Assembly: GCA_964016885.1 (NCBI GenBank)
Contig: OZ024742.1
Location: 265,732,001-265,796,000 of the forward strand
Origin: Eledone cirrhosa
Taxonomy: Eukaryota
DNA length: 64,000 nt
Direction: 5' to 3'
In this document: piece by piece, positions 23,650 through 38,149 of the stretch
Numbering within the stretch: position 1 is the stretch's first letter
Layout: each line of letters begins with the position of its first letter
The notes under the pieces: generated by a model
What the model was told of the DNA's origin: nothing
Seen by the model: the letters and a program-made list of their open reading frames with translations, nothing else
Database searches by the model: none
Program-made: the position numbers and the translations under genes

Positions 23650-24279
23650 TATACATAACATTCATTGCTAGCAATTCACATCACAGCGTTTTCAAAACTC
23701 TCCGACGGTGCCACTCAACAACGAACATACCAACCAGTTAAGATATTTTATTTCACGAACATTGTCTTCTTGCAAGTAAAAAAACAATGGAAGATTTCGG
23801 TATGACTGAATTTTGATGACATTTTGTGAAGCTTTATCCCTTTTGTTACTATATTTCTAATGAAACACACGGCATATTTGTTTCAAATTATTTGGAAAAT
23901 ATTCAAGAATTTGAATGTATCTTGAAACAACTAACTTTCTCATTCTTAAACAGGTATTTGAAACAACAAAGGTTGTACACGAAATTATGATAGAAGGATT
24001 TTAGATAAACATAAACACTTTAAAATAAACAATTTTGTATAGAACAAAGACTGGTTCCAGGACGTTTGGTACCAAAAGTGTTAAAATAACCTTTTCTTTT
24101 TGTTTTGTTTTAACTTTTTACCAGGTATGGAGGGACAGTTCCCTTGACCCTTTCTCTGGACTTTCGAGACTTGTAGTAGGTATGGATAAATGTCTCCTTA
24201 AATCAGAGACCTGGTCCGAATGCTTGCCACAGTGTAGGCTCCGCTAAAGACACCCAAAGCCCGGGTGGTGGGGTTAAGC

Positions 24280-24620
24280 GAAGCGAAGGTTAAAGTCTAC
24301 CAGCCAAATTAACTACCGCGAGATTTGAACTCAAAACGTTATGTACCGTAACAAATACCACAAAGCATCTCATTCGGAACTTAAACTGTTTTTCCAATGC
24401 ACTGCTCTGGAATGGTAGTTTATTTCAGCGAATAAACAGTAGGATAAAATACTTTTCTGTATTTGTTTCTGCTCTCTGCGCTTTGAGTTAAAATTTCGCC
24501 AAATTCAACTTTGCCATTCAATAAAATTAAAATACCAGTTAAGGTCTGAATTGTCAAAGCTTCGGATGAGATGTCTCGTGGGATTTATTCCTGCTCTTTG
24601 CGTTCTAAGATCAAGACTTA
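24280..24620. mobile_element. Cluster of old SINE fragments in both orientations
   Basis: GAGATTTGAACTCAAAAC (minus B box), GAGTTAAAATTTCGCC..AACTTTGCCATTCA..AAATACCAG. Confidence 0.55.
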
Positions 24621-25267
24621 TTGTAGCTTAGTTATGATACACTTAATCTGTTGCTTTGTTTAATATCACCATTTGACACTTGCAAGCATTCGGGTAAGGT
24701 CTTCTGTTTGAGGACACTTCTCTTTACTTCACACCAGACACAGTGCTCTGGGAAGAGATACAAAAACAAACTGCCCTCCCCACAGTTTTCTAGTACCAAT
24801 TCTAACTAAATTTTATCTAGATTTTGTGAGTCAAAAGAAAATACACTGGGGTAACATTTTGTTTTATTTTATTTTATTTTATTTATCTATTTATTTATTT
24901 TTCCTCACTTTAAAAAAAATCTTCACGCACAGGCATTTGCACGATAGAATTAATTAATCATTATTAATAATGTTATGTTGTGCAATGACCAGACTCGATA
25001 ACGAGGGGGCAGCCATCATGTATGTATATATGTATGTATGTAATGCTGCAAATAATCTAGAAATAAGAGAAAACAGAATAATTAATTTCCAAAACCCTCT
25101 AACTCTAATAAATGTACACAATTATAAGTTAAATAGCAACATATCTAACAATAATAAAAAGAATGTAACTGTAGAACTCCTGATTCATGCCCTCTTAATG
25201 GCGAATGCTTTATTTACAATTATTTACAAATAATTTAAATAATTTAAATAATTTAAATATTTGTAAA

Positions 25268-25459
25268 TAATTGTTTCTACTTTTGGCACCCAGTGCATTA
25301 CTGGTACTTTATTTTAACGACCTCCTAAGGATGAAAGGCAAAGTTAACCTTGGTGGGATTTGATCTCCAAGGTTAACTTTGCCTTTCATCCTTACGGGGT
25401 CGATAAAATAAAGTACCAGTAACGCACTGGGTAATTTCTGGCCTTGTGCCAAAAGTAGA
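25268..25459. mobile_element. Fold-back made of two SINE 3' halves head to head
   Basis: AAGGATGAAAGGCAAAGTTAACCTTGG-(~13 nt)-CCAAGGTTAACTTTGCCTTTCATCCTT with extended arms. Confidence 0.85.
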
Positions 25460-25539
25460 CCTCGAAACTGGATACCAACCCGGAGTACACCTGAACTTCC
25501 ACCAGGAAATCTTTCGTATCATTGAAATTTTCTTTGCTT

Positions 25540-25604
<65 letters not shown>

Positions 25605-25608
<4 letters not shown>

Positions 25609-26754
25609 CTAGGGCTTAATATTACCTTCGAACACAATCTTAAGGTGGTCAACTTCTTGGATGTCACCTTCAACCTTAATAACGGTAATATCGAGCCATT
25701 TCACAAACTTAATGAAAATCTCAAGTACGTTAATGTAAAATCGAACCACCCTCATTCCATTATTAAATCTATCCCTAAAAATATATCCATAAGGATCTCC
25801 CGACTATCGTCTAATTTGCACACCTTCAACGAACATGCTGAATATTATAATAATGCACTTAGAAAAGCTGGTTACTGCGAGAAAATAGAATATCTAGACG
25901 ATAACCACATAAGTACTATGAATAAAACACACCTAAGTCGAACTAGTATTGCACCACACACATACATCAATAGGCATACTAATAGGTGCAAACCAGCAAA
26001 TAGGGTCAGACGTAGAGAGTACATATGGTATAACCCCGTGTACAATTCTTCTATTAGCACTAAGATTATCTCACAATTCTATACACTAATCAATAAACAC
26101 TTTACAACTTCACATAAATACTATAAAATCTTTAACTCGCGCACCATTAGACTCTCATACTCCACTGCACCTAACGTAGAACAACTAATTAAAAAACTCA
26201 ACTCAGCAATACTGAATAAGTACATCCCTAATGACTCAGCGCACCAGCATAGCAACATACAACGCACTAACACGCAACCACAACCCCACCAAACTATCCA
26301 GGATTCTACTGCAAAACATAAAAATAATTGTAACTGCACCAAACCAAGTACGTGCCCACTGAATAACCAGTGCCTAGCACACAATATTGTCTACCGATGT
26401 ACAATAAATTCCGGAACCAACAAATGGTATTACGTCGGATGTACCGCATCTTCTTTCAAGGCTCGCCTATACCAACATCGATCTTCGATCAGGCACGAGA
26501 AAATGCGCTCCGTAACAACCCTCGCCGATAAACCCTGGCAGCTTCGGAGGTACAATCAAGCGTTCTCCCTTGATTGGCAAATTATTGCAGCTGCGCCTGC
26601 ATATCAGCAAAATCATCGATTCTGCAAGTTATGCAATTTAGAGATATACTGCATTTTAACGTCGGTAAACAAACTTTTGAACAGCAAAATTGAACGTTCT
26701 CTATACTGTAACCATCGTTTGAAAACGACTTTTTCTTTTTTTAAATGCATATAA
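25605..26754 (+). CDS. Naiad-like PLE RT C-terminus/thumb + GIY-YIG endonuclease (5'-truncated at (TA)n, otherwise open)
   Basis: GLNIT..VNFLDVTFNL, YVNVKSNHP, IWYNP, RLSYS, CNC..CPL...C, IVYRC..YYVGCT..FKAR..H, CKLC..E..LLNSK.E..CNH. Confidence 0.88.
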
Positions 26755-27163
26755 TGTTACCTTTTACACCACCGTTTGCAAATTTCTGTTTTATATGTTT
26801 ATACACAAGATATGGCTTTCTATAATAATAGTACTAAACACTGTTTTTCTGGACCCTTTTAGAAATAACCTGCTACTATAATAGCCCTAATAACCTGTCT
26901 GTGACACTGTACCACTTTGACCCCTTTAACTAAATTTTGTCCGAATAACACCACTAGAAGAATTTACTTCCCCGCCAACCCTAACACGCCTCATTAAGCT
27001 AACTGCTGCCAAAACATTCTCTCCTCGCAATCTCTACTAGTCTGACAGTCTTAAATCCTAAGACTCCCTCCACCTTACTCACTTCCCTCTTCCCCTTCTC
27101 TTCCTACCTCCTTCTTTATCTTTTATCTAGTGTATAAAATATTTTCATATCATTTCAATACAA

Positions 27164-27280
27164 AGGTCTGATGACATGGTGTGTTTTCTTACAGTGTACC
27201 TTCGGTTTATGATAATATTTTTATATTATTCAAATAGCGAGGTATAGGTAACCCATACACTATAGAAACAATTGTTACCT
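27164..27280 (+). ncRNA. Hammerhead in 3' terminus of the Naiad-like PLE (element ends ~27324)
   Basis: AGGT-CTGATGA-c-ATGGTGTGT...ATACACTAT-a-GAAA-CAATTG-TT-ACCT. Confidence 0.82.
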
Positions 27281-27350
27281 AATAAATTCTGTATACCCGC
27301 ATTTCCATTTCGTAAACTTCTTCATATATATATATATATATATATATATA

Positions 27351-28110
27351 GAAGTAGTTACACGACAGTTAGTTCACCATACCGAGAACAATTGTTTCAC
27401 CTTAGCGGATCCTCAGCTCGGAATAGGCATGGTTATAGGAACAGGAAGGACAACCGTACGAACGCGCATGCGCAGAAACCAGGTCACTTCACACAGGCAA
27501 TTCTAGACTGCGTGCGAGAGGTGTAAGGCAGATGACTGCGAAAATTCGAAAAGTTTTTAGGTTGAAAATAAAATTACAAAGAATCAGTCCAGAGCCTTGT
27601 AGTTATGCAATAGGTGTTTGGCGACGTGTGGACAACGTGTGAAAAATTCATTTCTCGTGTTTAGGCAATCACTATTGCGTAATCTCTTTAGAATAGTTAT
27701 TCGTTCGTCAATACATAAGCCACACGTCGGATTTCCCCTTGCGTATGGCTTGGACTTAGTGATGACTTTCCATTGAATGGAGTAGTCTATACTTGAGTCC
27801 TTGGTGGACCATACATGGCTACCGAGTTTCGTGGATGAACGTCTGTCCGAGTACCTGAAGGTAGACTGGTGGTTCAGGAAACGTTCCTTAAATCGGCGCT
27901 CCGCCATGCCCACATAGGATTTGACCTTCTGTGGTTCGTTTGGTCGGTTGGGAGTGACCACAGCTTCATAAATTACAGCTGGTGTGTTGCATTGCTGTTG
28001 AAGGGGGAAAGCTTCAGGCTTACAGCAAGAGCACCCTGGTGGGGTGTTGCTCCTAGGGCTGCTGGTGATGTGGGCCTTCATGTTCTTAGCGCACGAGTAT
28101 CCTAGTTTAA
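27351..28110 (-). mobile_element. 5'-truncated Naiad-like PLE: GIY-YIG ORF 27584-28081 and HHR 27382-27421
   Basis: VIYEA..YVGMAERRFKER..NH..CGLCIDE..LNTRNE..CPH; minus CCGAG-CTGAGGA-TCC..GGT-GAAA-CAATTG-TT-CTCGG. Confidence 0.87.
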
Positions 28111-28593
28111 CTAAATATGTCCTAAGTCAAAACAAACATTAGTCTCTCGTAAATGTTCCTTAAAATAATAAGTAAGACACAATATATAGATGTTTATAAA
28201 GATACGTAAGCAAAGCTTTTTAGAAAGGAACGTAAACAAACAGTCTCCAGTAAATAACGATATTTGTTAACTTGAAATCAAAGCACCCATTTGAAATGTC
28301 TTAACGACATAAAATCAGTTTTACTCTAGAAAATGATTAGAACAATAATAAGTAACTATATACATATATTTTTAAAATATGTGTGAAAATATAATTTTCT
28401 ACTATACCTGCAGAGGACGTTTGACTAACGAAAACAAAACACTGATAGATTTATAATTTTGTATGTTTGAAAACCTTATACAAGCTTATACTAACTTTGA
28501 ACTTAACATTTTAACTGCCTGTCTAAATGCTCCTTGGATCGTCTATTTTTCTTGATATTTGTCTTATGATATTAATTTATTGTTATTTTATTG

Positions 28594-28725
28594 TATATAT
28601 TTCCTGAAGAGATACAGTTGGGATAAAGCACCCATAATGGAGTTAATTGTTAACTTATAATCTCTAGTTTCTCCACAAATGGATGTGATATTCAAGCCGC
28701 GTTGAAACGGTCGTAGAGATGTATA
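28594..28725 (+). ncRNA. Hammerhead with long stem II insert in ORF-less PLE-terminus fragment
   Basis: TATATATTTC-CTGAAGA-...-GAAA-CGGTCG-TA-GAGATGTATA; stem II imperfect. Confidence 0.65.
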
Positions 28726-29181
28726 AATAAATAATAATATCCTATCCTTGGCTATTGTATATTATAAAATCGACCTCATGTAAAAGTCTACCCTAGTATT
28801 TCACAGATAACAGGTCAACATTTGTGGGTCAAGATATTACGTAGAAATATCACTGTTACAAAATCGTCGGCATGAATTTATGGCAAATACAAGACTGAAA
28901 CTAAATAGTTACCCATACCTTACCTAACTCACTGTAGGCTACACTATGACTGGAATGCCTGGTGTTAATAGCGGAATGCTTGGTGCTTATAGTAAAACAC
29001 CATAAAATAGCGAGCACTAAAATGAATGCATAAGATGTGCTGCAAGCCTGCAGCCGTTAGATATTTGCACTGTAGCGTGAATTTCCAGACCCTCAAATGC
29101 AGTATCTATGTAATGCTTGACCTCTTAAATCTAACAACATTAAAAATGGTCTAAAGAATTCGATATTTACACTTGTATATA

Positions 29182-29231
<50 letters not shown>

Positions 29232-29356
29232 CGAAGGAAATGTGGTAAGGAACCAGGTGGACCATAACGCACCAAAGTACTCAATACTTGAGGTAGTAGA
29301 GTGGGTAATAGGAACCAGTAAGACCCCGACAGCTGAGCTCAAGCCGAGCTGAGCTC

Positions 29357-29880
<524 letters not shown>

Positions 29881-29941
29881 TATATATGTATATAAATGTA
29901 TGTATATAAATATGTTTATATATATATATAGAGAGAGAGAG

Positions 29942-30019
<78 letters not shown>

Positions 30020-30035
30020 GTATGTATGTATATAA

Positions 30036-30082
<47 letters not shown>

Positions 30083-33000
30083 TATTTCTTTTATTTGCCA
30101 CTAGGGCATCAAAAGTGGGACAAGTACAAAGGGAGGAGTTTACACAAAAAGGCGTCCTCAATAAGGAGGAGGCAATAACAAAATATAAAAATAAAATAAG
30201 ATATAACAAAAAATAAAATTTTTAACAAAATCCTCAATAGAGAGGAGGCGCCTTGGGGGGTCGCACACACCCCCGAAAAAAGTGTGCAACCCTTCTCCTC
30301 AGGATCACAGAGAAGGGGTGCTCCCTTGGTCTTTCATCTTCCTCACCTATAGTCTGATGTAGAGTGAAGGCCCATTCACACGGGCCATTCTCGCCACTTT
30401 CACCCATCTTTCATAGAAACGGCTGGGGTGCAGCACCTCTCTCTCCATCCTGATCCTTCTTCCGAAATGATATCGGAAGAAACGGACCAGTTGTTGGCCA
30501 GAGAGAAAGGTGCCCGACCTCAGTCCTTTCAGACGCGTCCACCATACAACCTCTTTCGCCATGGCTATTACGCACAGAAACACCGCCTCTGCTTCATCTT
30601 TGAAGGAGGGAGGCGGCTTGATCATTACAATAGACTCGGTGGTCAACCGGATCGGTCCCACCCTTGACAGCAGTTGTTCGACATAGCCCCACAGATCGGC
30701 TACGCCCGAGCAGTGTACTAATGCGTGTGCAACGGTTTCCTCGTCGCACACGCATCTGGGACAGATCTTTTTGGCGGGGTCCCTACCCGGGCGCCCGTGT
30801 CTGTAGAGCCTTTCTCGAACGGGTAAAGCCCCTCGGTAGCACTGCCAGGCCAGGGACTTCTGGAAGTTGTCCATAGGTCCCGGGCTGAATGTCCTACCGA
30901 ACAGGCTGGCCAGTTCGTCCTCCTCCATGTCTAGGGCTTCTCCGAGGGCGTCGTCGCACCTGCTGCGTACCAGCCCTCTATAGAATGTTGCGGTGGAGTC
31001 TCCACTGATAACCGGATCCGCCTGCCAGAGGGCGGTGAGCGCCTGGGCACACTCAGTGTGCCAGGCGCCCAGTTTTCTCGGTCTTTGCTTGACCCAGGAT
31101 TGCAGCTCGGTGAGTGAGACGAGTCTGGGAAAGGTTCGTCTCACAAACGAGGCCCACACCGGTTGTCCGGTGAGGAATACGTAGAGGTGCCGTAGCCTTA
31201 ATGCGTGTTTACGCATCATTAGCCACGGCATCCCCAGCCCTCCTTTCGAAGGGTGTTGACAGCAGATGGATCTCCTCACCATAGGAGCCCGCCTCTTCCA
31301 AAGGAATTGGAAGAGCGCGCGCTCCATCTTGGTGAGGGTTTCCCTTGGGCAGGGCACTACGGTCAGGCGGTAGTAGATGACGGACGCTATGTAGGTGTTC
31401 GCCACCTCCGCCCGACCTTTCAGGGATAGTTTGCAACTGGCCCACTTCTGGGTCAGTGCAAACACCCTGTTCGTAACCTCCGCCCAGTTTTTCTCCACCT
31501 GGAGGTCCGGTCCGAACCAGACCCCGAGCAACTTTACCGGGCCCTCCGTCCAGCGTCCGACGACGCTATCGGAGGGCATCGGTCTGCCCCTCCACGTGCC
31601 GAGTTGCAAACCGATCGACTTGTCCCGGTTCAGCTTAGCCCCTGTGAACTTTTCGTACTCCTCCAGTAAGGTGCCGACCGCCTCGATTTCGGAGGCCGTC
31701 GACACCATTACTGTCACGTCATCGGCGTAGGCCGACACCGCTTTCCGCAATCCCGGTTCCAAAGGGATGCCCTGCAACAACTCCAACTTCCGCAGTAGTG
31801 GCTCGAGAGTCAACACATACAGAAGGGAGGAGAGAGGGCACCCTTGTCGGATGGACCGCGCGATTTTGAACGGCTCCGAGAGGTAGCCGTTCACCTTGAC
31901 CCTAGAGCAGATGCGGCTGCTGTGCATAGCAGTGATCCAGCCCCTGAAAACGGGTCCGAAGCCTGCCGCCGCTAGCACCGCATCCAGGTAACCATGGTCG
32001 ACCCTATTGAACGCCTTAGATTGATCCAAGTTGATCAGAGCCCCACCAAAGCCGGGTTCGTTCCCAACCCTCTCTATGATGTATCGCATGAGGTGGAGGT
32101 TGTCATGGATGGACCTGGACGGGATAGCGCATGTCTGCGCATCTCCCACCAGGTTGCCCACGACAAGCGCCAACCTCTTTGCTAGCACCTTGGCCAAAAT
32201 CTGTAACTCTGTATTTAGCAGTGTTATGGGCCTGAAGTTACTTATTTCGTCCCCCTTGTTCTCGTCCTTCCTCACTAGCGTGACTACGCCCTTGGTCACA
32301 GTACAGGGAATTCTCCCATTCTGTTGCCAGTTGCAGTAGACCGCCTCGAGGAGATCGGGGAACAAGTCCGGCATAGCTAGATATAATTCGTAAGGAAGAC
32401 CATCGAGACCCGGGGATTTGCGTTTGCCGCATTGGCTCAGCACGTCCTCTATCTCAGCGGCCGAAATCGGCTCCTCGCAGGACTTCGCCTCCCTGTCCGA
32501 GAGGCGCGGCAGGCCGTCGAGGTATGGACCGAAGTCCACGTTCCCAACCGGCTCCCCGCCCCTCCCGAACAGTCAGGCAAAGTGCCTTTGAAAGGCCTCA
32601 CACATCTGCTTAGGCTCAAGAATCGCCCGTCCATCCAGGTCTCGCAAAGACCGGATGGTGGATTTAGTTCCACTGTTGGCCTCTGTCACGCGGGCCCAGC
32701 TAACAGCTTTGGTCCCCTCGTTCCCTAGAGCACGTATTTTACTTCGGACAACGCAGCCTTCGTGCTTCGCGTCGAAAAACTGGCTCAAAGCCGTTCTCGA
32801 CGCTAGCACTCTGGCCACGTCGCCGCTTCTAATTGCCTCTTCTACTCTATCTATTAGCTCCCTTTCCTTCCTATTCCTATCCGCAGCTAGAACCTTACTA
32901 AATTCTATCGAGACTACTCTAATCTCTCTCTTTAGAGATACCCACCACCTGCTGTTGACGATCGCTCCAGTCAACCGTTCCTTAACTAACGTACTAATCC

Positions 33001-33135
33001 GATTCCTGTAGGCTCTACTTGCCGGCAAGGACAAGTTGAGCTTCCAGTAACCGGGGCCCTGTCTATGAGTTCTGTCAAGGTTGACCATGCAGGTCACTAA
33101 TTTGTGGTCTGAATAGCCAACAATGCGCATTAACA

Positions 33136-33136
<1 letters not shown>
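30083..33136 (-). mobile_element. 5'-truncated Tx1/L1-clade LINE inserted in (GATA)n; ORF2 30347-33136 with one in-frame TGA at 32573-32575
   Basis: [51 protein letters not shown]; (GATA)n on both flanks; AATAAA near 3' end. Confidence 0.92.
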
Positions 33137-33198
<62 letters not shown>

Positions 33199-33294
33199 TG
33201 TATGTATGTATATAAATATATAAATATATATAGATAGATAAATAGATATGTATGTATGTATATAAATATATATATATATGTATATATATATATG

Positions 33295-33354
<60 letters not shown>

Positions 33355-33634
33355 TGGAATGGTTGCAGCATGACCCAAGGATTAAGGAATTTGCTCCGAT
33401 CTAACCTCGTTACTTCTAATGTCCAGCCACTTACGCATTAATTTCATGAGCAGCCTGTTCCGTTGAACGAACAAGTGAAATACCCATTGTCGCAACTTGT
33501 TGAAAAAAGTTAAACCGGCTAGGATCAGAGTGGGAATCTACCTCTGCAATATAGTCATTCTGCATCTCATCACAAATGGAGTACTACAATGATATCTAGC
33601 CTTCTCGGCCTTCTTACTGTAGACACTCCATACA

Positions 33635-33717
<83 letters not shown>

Positions 33718-33883
33718 AATATATGTTTGTGTGTGTCTTTGTGTGTGTTTGTGTGTACATACATATATTCTATATATAGGGCGGTGCCCCAGCATGACCT
33801 CAGCCGGATGGGTGGAACAGGTAAAAGAGTAAAAGAGTATATATATATATAAATATATGTGTGTGTGTGCGTGTGTTTGTGTC

Positions 33884-33919
<36 letters not shown>

Positions 33920-34069
33920 TGTATTTATATCGTGTCCACACTAACTCTTTGTGTGCGATAGACTTGTATTTCATAAATACAGGTTCTGTAAAATCATGGA
34001 GCGAGTGGAAATTCGGAGAGCTAAGAGAACTTAAATTTGTTTAAATCCGTGTGTGTGTATATATATATG

Positions 34070-34109
<40 letters not shown>

Positions 34110-34258
34110 ACGAAGAAAGTGTGGTAAGGAACCAGGTAGACCATAACGCACCAGAGTACTCGATATTATGGGTTGTAGAGTGGGTAATAGGAAAAAAGTC
34201 AGCACCCCGACGGCTGAGCTCAGGGGTCCTGACTCTTTTACCGTATATATATATATGC

Positions 34259-34327
<69 letters not shown>

Positions 34328-34333
<6 letters not shown>

Positions 34334-34790
34334 GAAACTAAGGATATGTGACGTTGGTCACAACCTTAACAACTTCATAGCGGAAGACTGTCAAATGTTT
34401 TTCATAAACATCCTTTATACAACACATACATATATGGTGCTCCAGCATAGAGGCTGGAGCACCAATATTATTTTTATTAAATTTAATACTGCTCCGTATG
34501 AAAATGCGCTTCATCAACTCATATACATAGGCTAGAAATCTATAAGTTTCTATCTTATTTTTGTTTCAGCGGATACTGGGTGGATATACAGCCTTGACAA
34601 CCACGATCAAGTGAGAAAAAACGTTGTTGGTTGCTTCCCATGGTTTTGCTGAGACTAAGGATGTCTGATAGTGACCACAACCTTAAAAAATTAATAACGG
34701 AAGGCTGTCGAATGTTTTTCATAAACATCCTGTTTGCAACTCGTATATACATGTGTATAATGCTATGTTCGAGCACCAATATTAAATTTA
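34328..34790 (+). repeat. Diverged 1.5-copy tandem repeat, ~318-nt period
   Basis: TTTGCTGA.ACTAAGGAT...CACAACCTTAA...ATGTTTTTCATAAACATCC...GAGCACCAATATTA at ~34328 and ~34646. Confidence 0.8.
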
Positions 34791-35461
34791 TATATATAAA
34801 TGCGTGGGTGGGTGTGTGTGTGTGCGTGTGCGTGTGTGTGTGTGTCTGTGTGTGTTTGTGTGCGTGTTTGTGTGACTTTTGCAGGACTTGAACCGTTTCA
34901 TTCGTATGAAATCATCAGGAATAAAACAGTTCTCTTCCTGCAGAAGGCCTTTCTGTCTATATACTGCTAAAACTCCGTGATTGTGTGCTTGTCTGTAATT
35001 TAATACAGCAAAAACGGCGCATAATGGGAAAATATTTTAAAAGGGAGTTGCCCCTGAAATGGGAATACAAATGGAATAAAATAAGTTTCGCGTAAATCGG
35101 ATCACGGGTTCCCGAGATACAGGGTTTTTCCGAGTACCCTGATAATTAGAGAGAGAGAGAGATAGAGAGAAAGAGATAATGGTTGTCAGAGAATAGATTG
35201 AAAGAGAGACATAGAGAGACAGAGAAACAAAATGGAAGAGAGGGAGAGAGAGGTGATGGTGTTGTTGATTGAAATTATAGCAAGTGACTTCAAAGAATCG
35301 AATACAACATTACTGTATCTATGTGTGTAGCAAATATTTACTGCTAAATAGGAAGGGTTCTAAGTGTGTGTCTGTATGTATGTGTGCATGTGTGTCTGTC
35401 TGTGACTATTGTATATAGGTCACAGGCACCCACACATATATGCACACAGACACACATATAG

Positions 35462-35527
<66 letters not shown>

Positions 35528-36263
35528 TTATATATATATATATTTACAAACAAATATATATATAACATATATATATATATTTACAAACAAACCGAGCATT
35601 ATAATAAATGTTCGGTAAACCCATACGTACATATATATATGTGTGCATGTATGTATATATATATATACATACTACTGTATGTCTATATACATATATGTAT
35701 GTACGTATACATACATACATTTAAGTACCAGCCGTACTAAGAGTGAGAAATGAAATTTCGTTTCATTCTTTTCCATTTATCGTTTTCGGTGCGCCCGGCC
35801 GACTAACTTACTCGATATGCAAATTAGGCTGCTCAGTCGTTAATATGCATCAGGAAAGTATATACTTTCAGACGTTCAACCATCTGACAGAAAGCTATAC
35901 GATGCTGACGATAGCTAATAAGCTTGAAACTAGTACATCGTTCCTGTGTCAGTGTTGAACAAAAAGGTGACGATGGTTGCCTGAACACTGTACGGCGTAA
36001 TTCGGGCTGTTTGTTTACAAACAAACCGAGCATTATAATAAATGTTCGGTAAACCCATACGTACATATATATATATGTGTGCATGTATGTATATATATAT
36101 ATATACATACTACTGTACGTCTGTATACATATATGTATGTACGTATACATACATATATTTAAGTATCAGCCGTACTAAGAGTGAGAAATGAAATTTCGTT
36201 TCATTCTTTTCCATTTATATATATATATATATACACATATACATATATTTATATATATACATA

Positions 36264-36332
<69 letters not shown>

Positions 36333-36527
36333 TTATGAAATTTTTTTAAGGAGAAACCTTAAATTTTTCATTTTTTTAAACTAAATATACAAACGAAAGA
36401 CAGAGAAGAAGGTCTTCAGCCACCGAGATATACTTCTGGCTGTTTCGACCACTATCGGCGGTACTGCTTGTCCACCTGGGGTCACAGCGTCTGATATAAG
36501 CCAATGCACTGTCCGTAGAGTAAAAGA

Positions 36528-36582
<55 letters not shown>

Positions 36583-36680
36583 TGTATGTATGCATGTTTC
36601 TCCTTTCCTTTTACTTTCTCCCTCTTCCTCTCTCTCTTTCCCTCTCTCACTTTCCCACCCACCCCTCTCTTTCTCTCTCT

Positions 36681-36729
<49 letters not shown>

Positions 36730-37159
36730 ACAGCGCTTTTGTGAGAATGAAAATTAGTCTTTATTCAGCATATAAGCCCCGGGGCAGCGTCCCTGTGGGG
36801 CTCACATTTACACCTTCCATGTACCCTGTTAGGATAGTTCATCGTCAAAAACATTAAATACATAACTCACTCAAAGGTTGTTTATCCTATCTAATTAATT
36901 TAGTATAAATTACTGGGGGAAAGGGCTAGTATCACTTTGGTTTAATGGTAGGTCGGCCACACGGCTTTCGGCAGTTACGACTTCGTGTACCACGGGTGAC
37001 GCTGTCCACTTTTTTCCGTGCCCAACTTAGATTATTTTTTATTGTTGAAAACATACGTTGAAGCTGTTAACTTTAGGTTAGCTTTAAATTCAACTTCTAA
37101 AAGGAATAAATGGGACCTGAAATCAGTTGAGTCAATATTCAAATAGATTTATGTGTGTG

Positions 37160-37260
<101 letters not shown>

Positions 37261-37433
37261 GTATGTTTGTGTGTGTGTATGTGCGCATGTGTGTCTCTAA
37301 GTGTTTCTGCCTATTTGAATTTATGTGTAAATGTGTGTTAGCGCTTTTATTAAATTCAAACGCAATCATCAGTTTATTCAAAATCTTGTTGAAAATCATT
37401 TCTGCTTTTCTTTTTTTATGTATATATTATCTA

Positions 37434-37548
<115 letters not shown>

Positions 37549-37894
37549 CCTTTTTACTCCTTTGAGGAAAGAAATGGATAAAATATGAAAAAAAAAAAAA
37601 AAACGAATCCCCAAAGAAAGCAAAACCAAATAAATACAAGAATTGGTGTAAATGAGTGTATATAATTAAGAAGTATGTCAATAGATTTGATGCCATCGTG
37701 GGAAGATAAAAGACATTTTGGGGGCGTTGGTGATAACTTGTGTATTGCGTGGATCGAACGAATAAAACCGAGTCTCGGCTTTGTGCCTGGCAATGCTTGA
37801 CTCATTGTATGGACATAGTTGAAAGATATTTAATACGATGTACGTACGTAGGCAGGAAAAGTAAGCGCGAAACTTCCTTTTAATGCAACAACGA

Positions 37895-37965
<71 letters not shown>

Positions 37966-38149
37966 ATATATATGTATGTATATATGTATGTATGTATGTG
38001 TATGTGTGTGTGTGAGTATGTGTGAGTGTGCGGTCTGTGTACATAATATGTATATGTATGTGTTTGTATATATGTTCCTGTATGTACATATATATCGGGA
38101 GTTGAATACTATTGATTTGGTTTCATGTGTCTGTAGATGTGTACTGAGT

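Noticed and set aside
25605-28081. Selenoprotein-type Naiad elements
   Set aside because: No in-frame TGA in the visible Naiad ORF fragments and no SECIS recognised
32573-32575. In-frame TGA as selenocysteine or readthrough
   Set aside because: Aligned residue in the paralogue is Gln, not Cys; most simply a point mutation (e.g. CGA to TGA)
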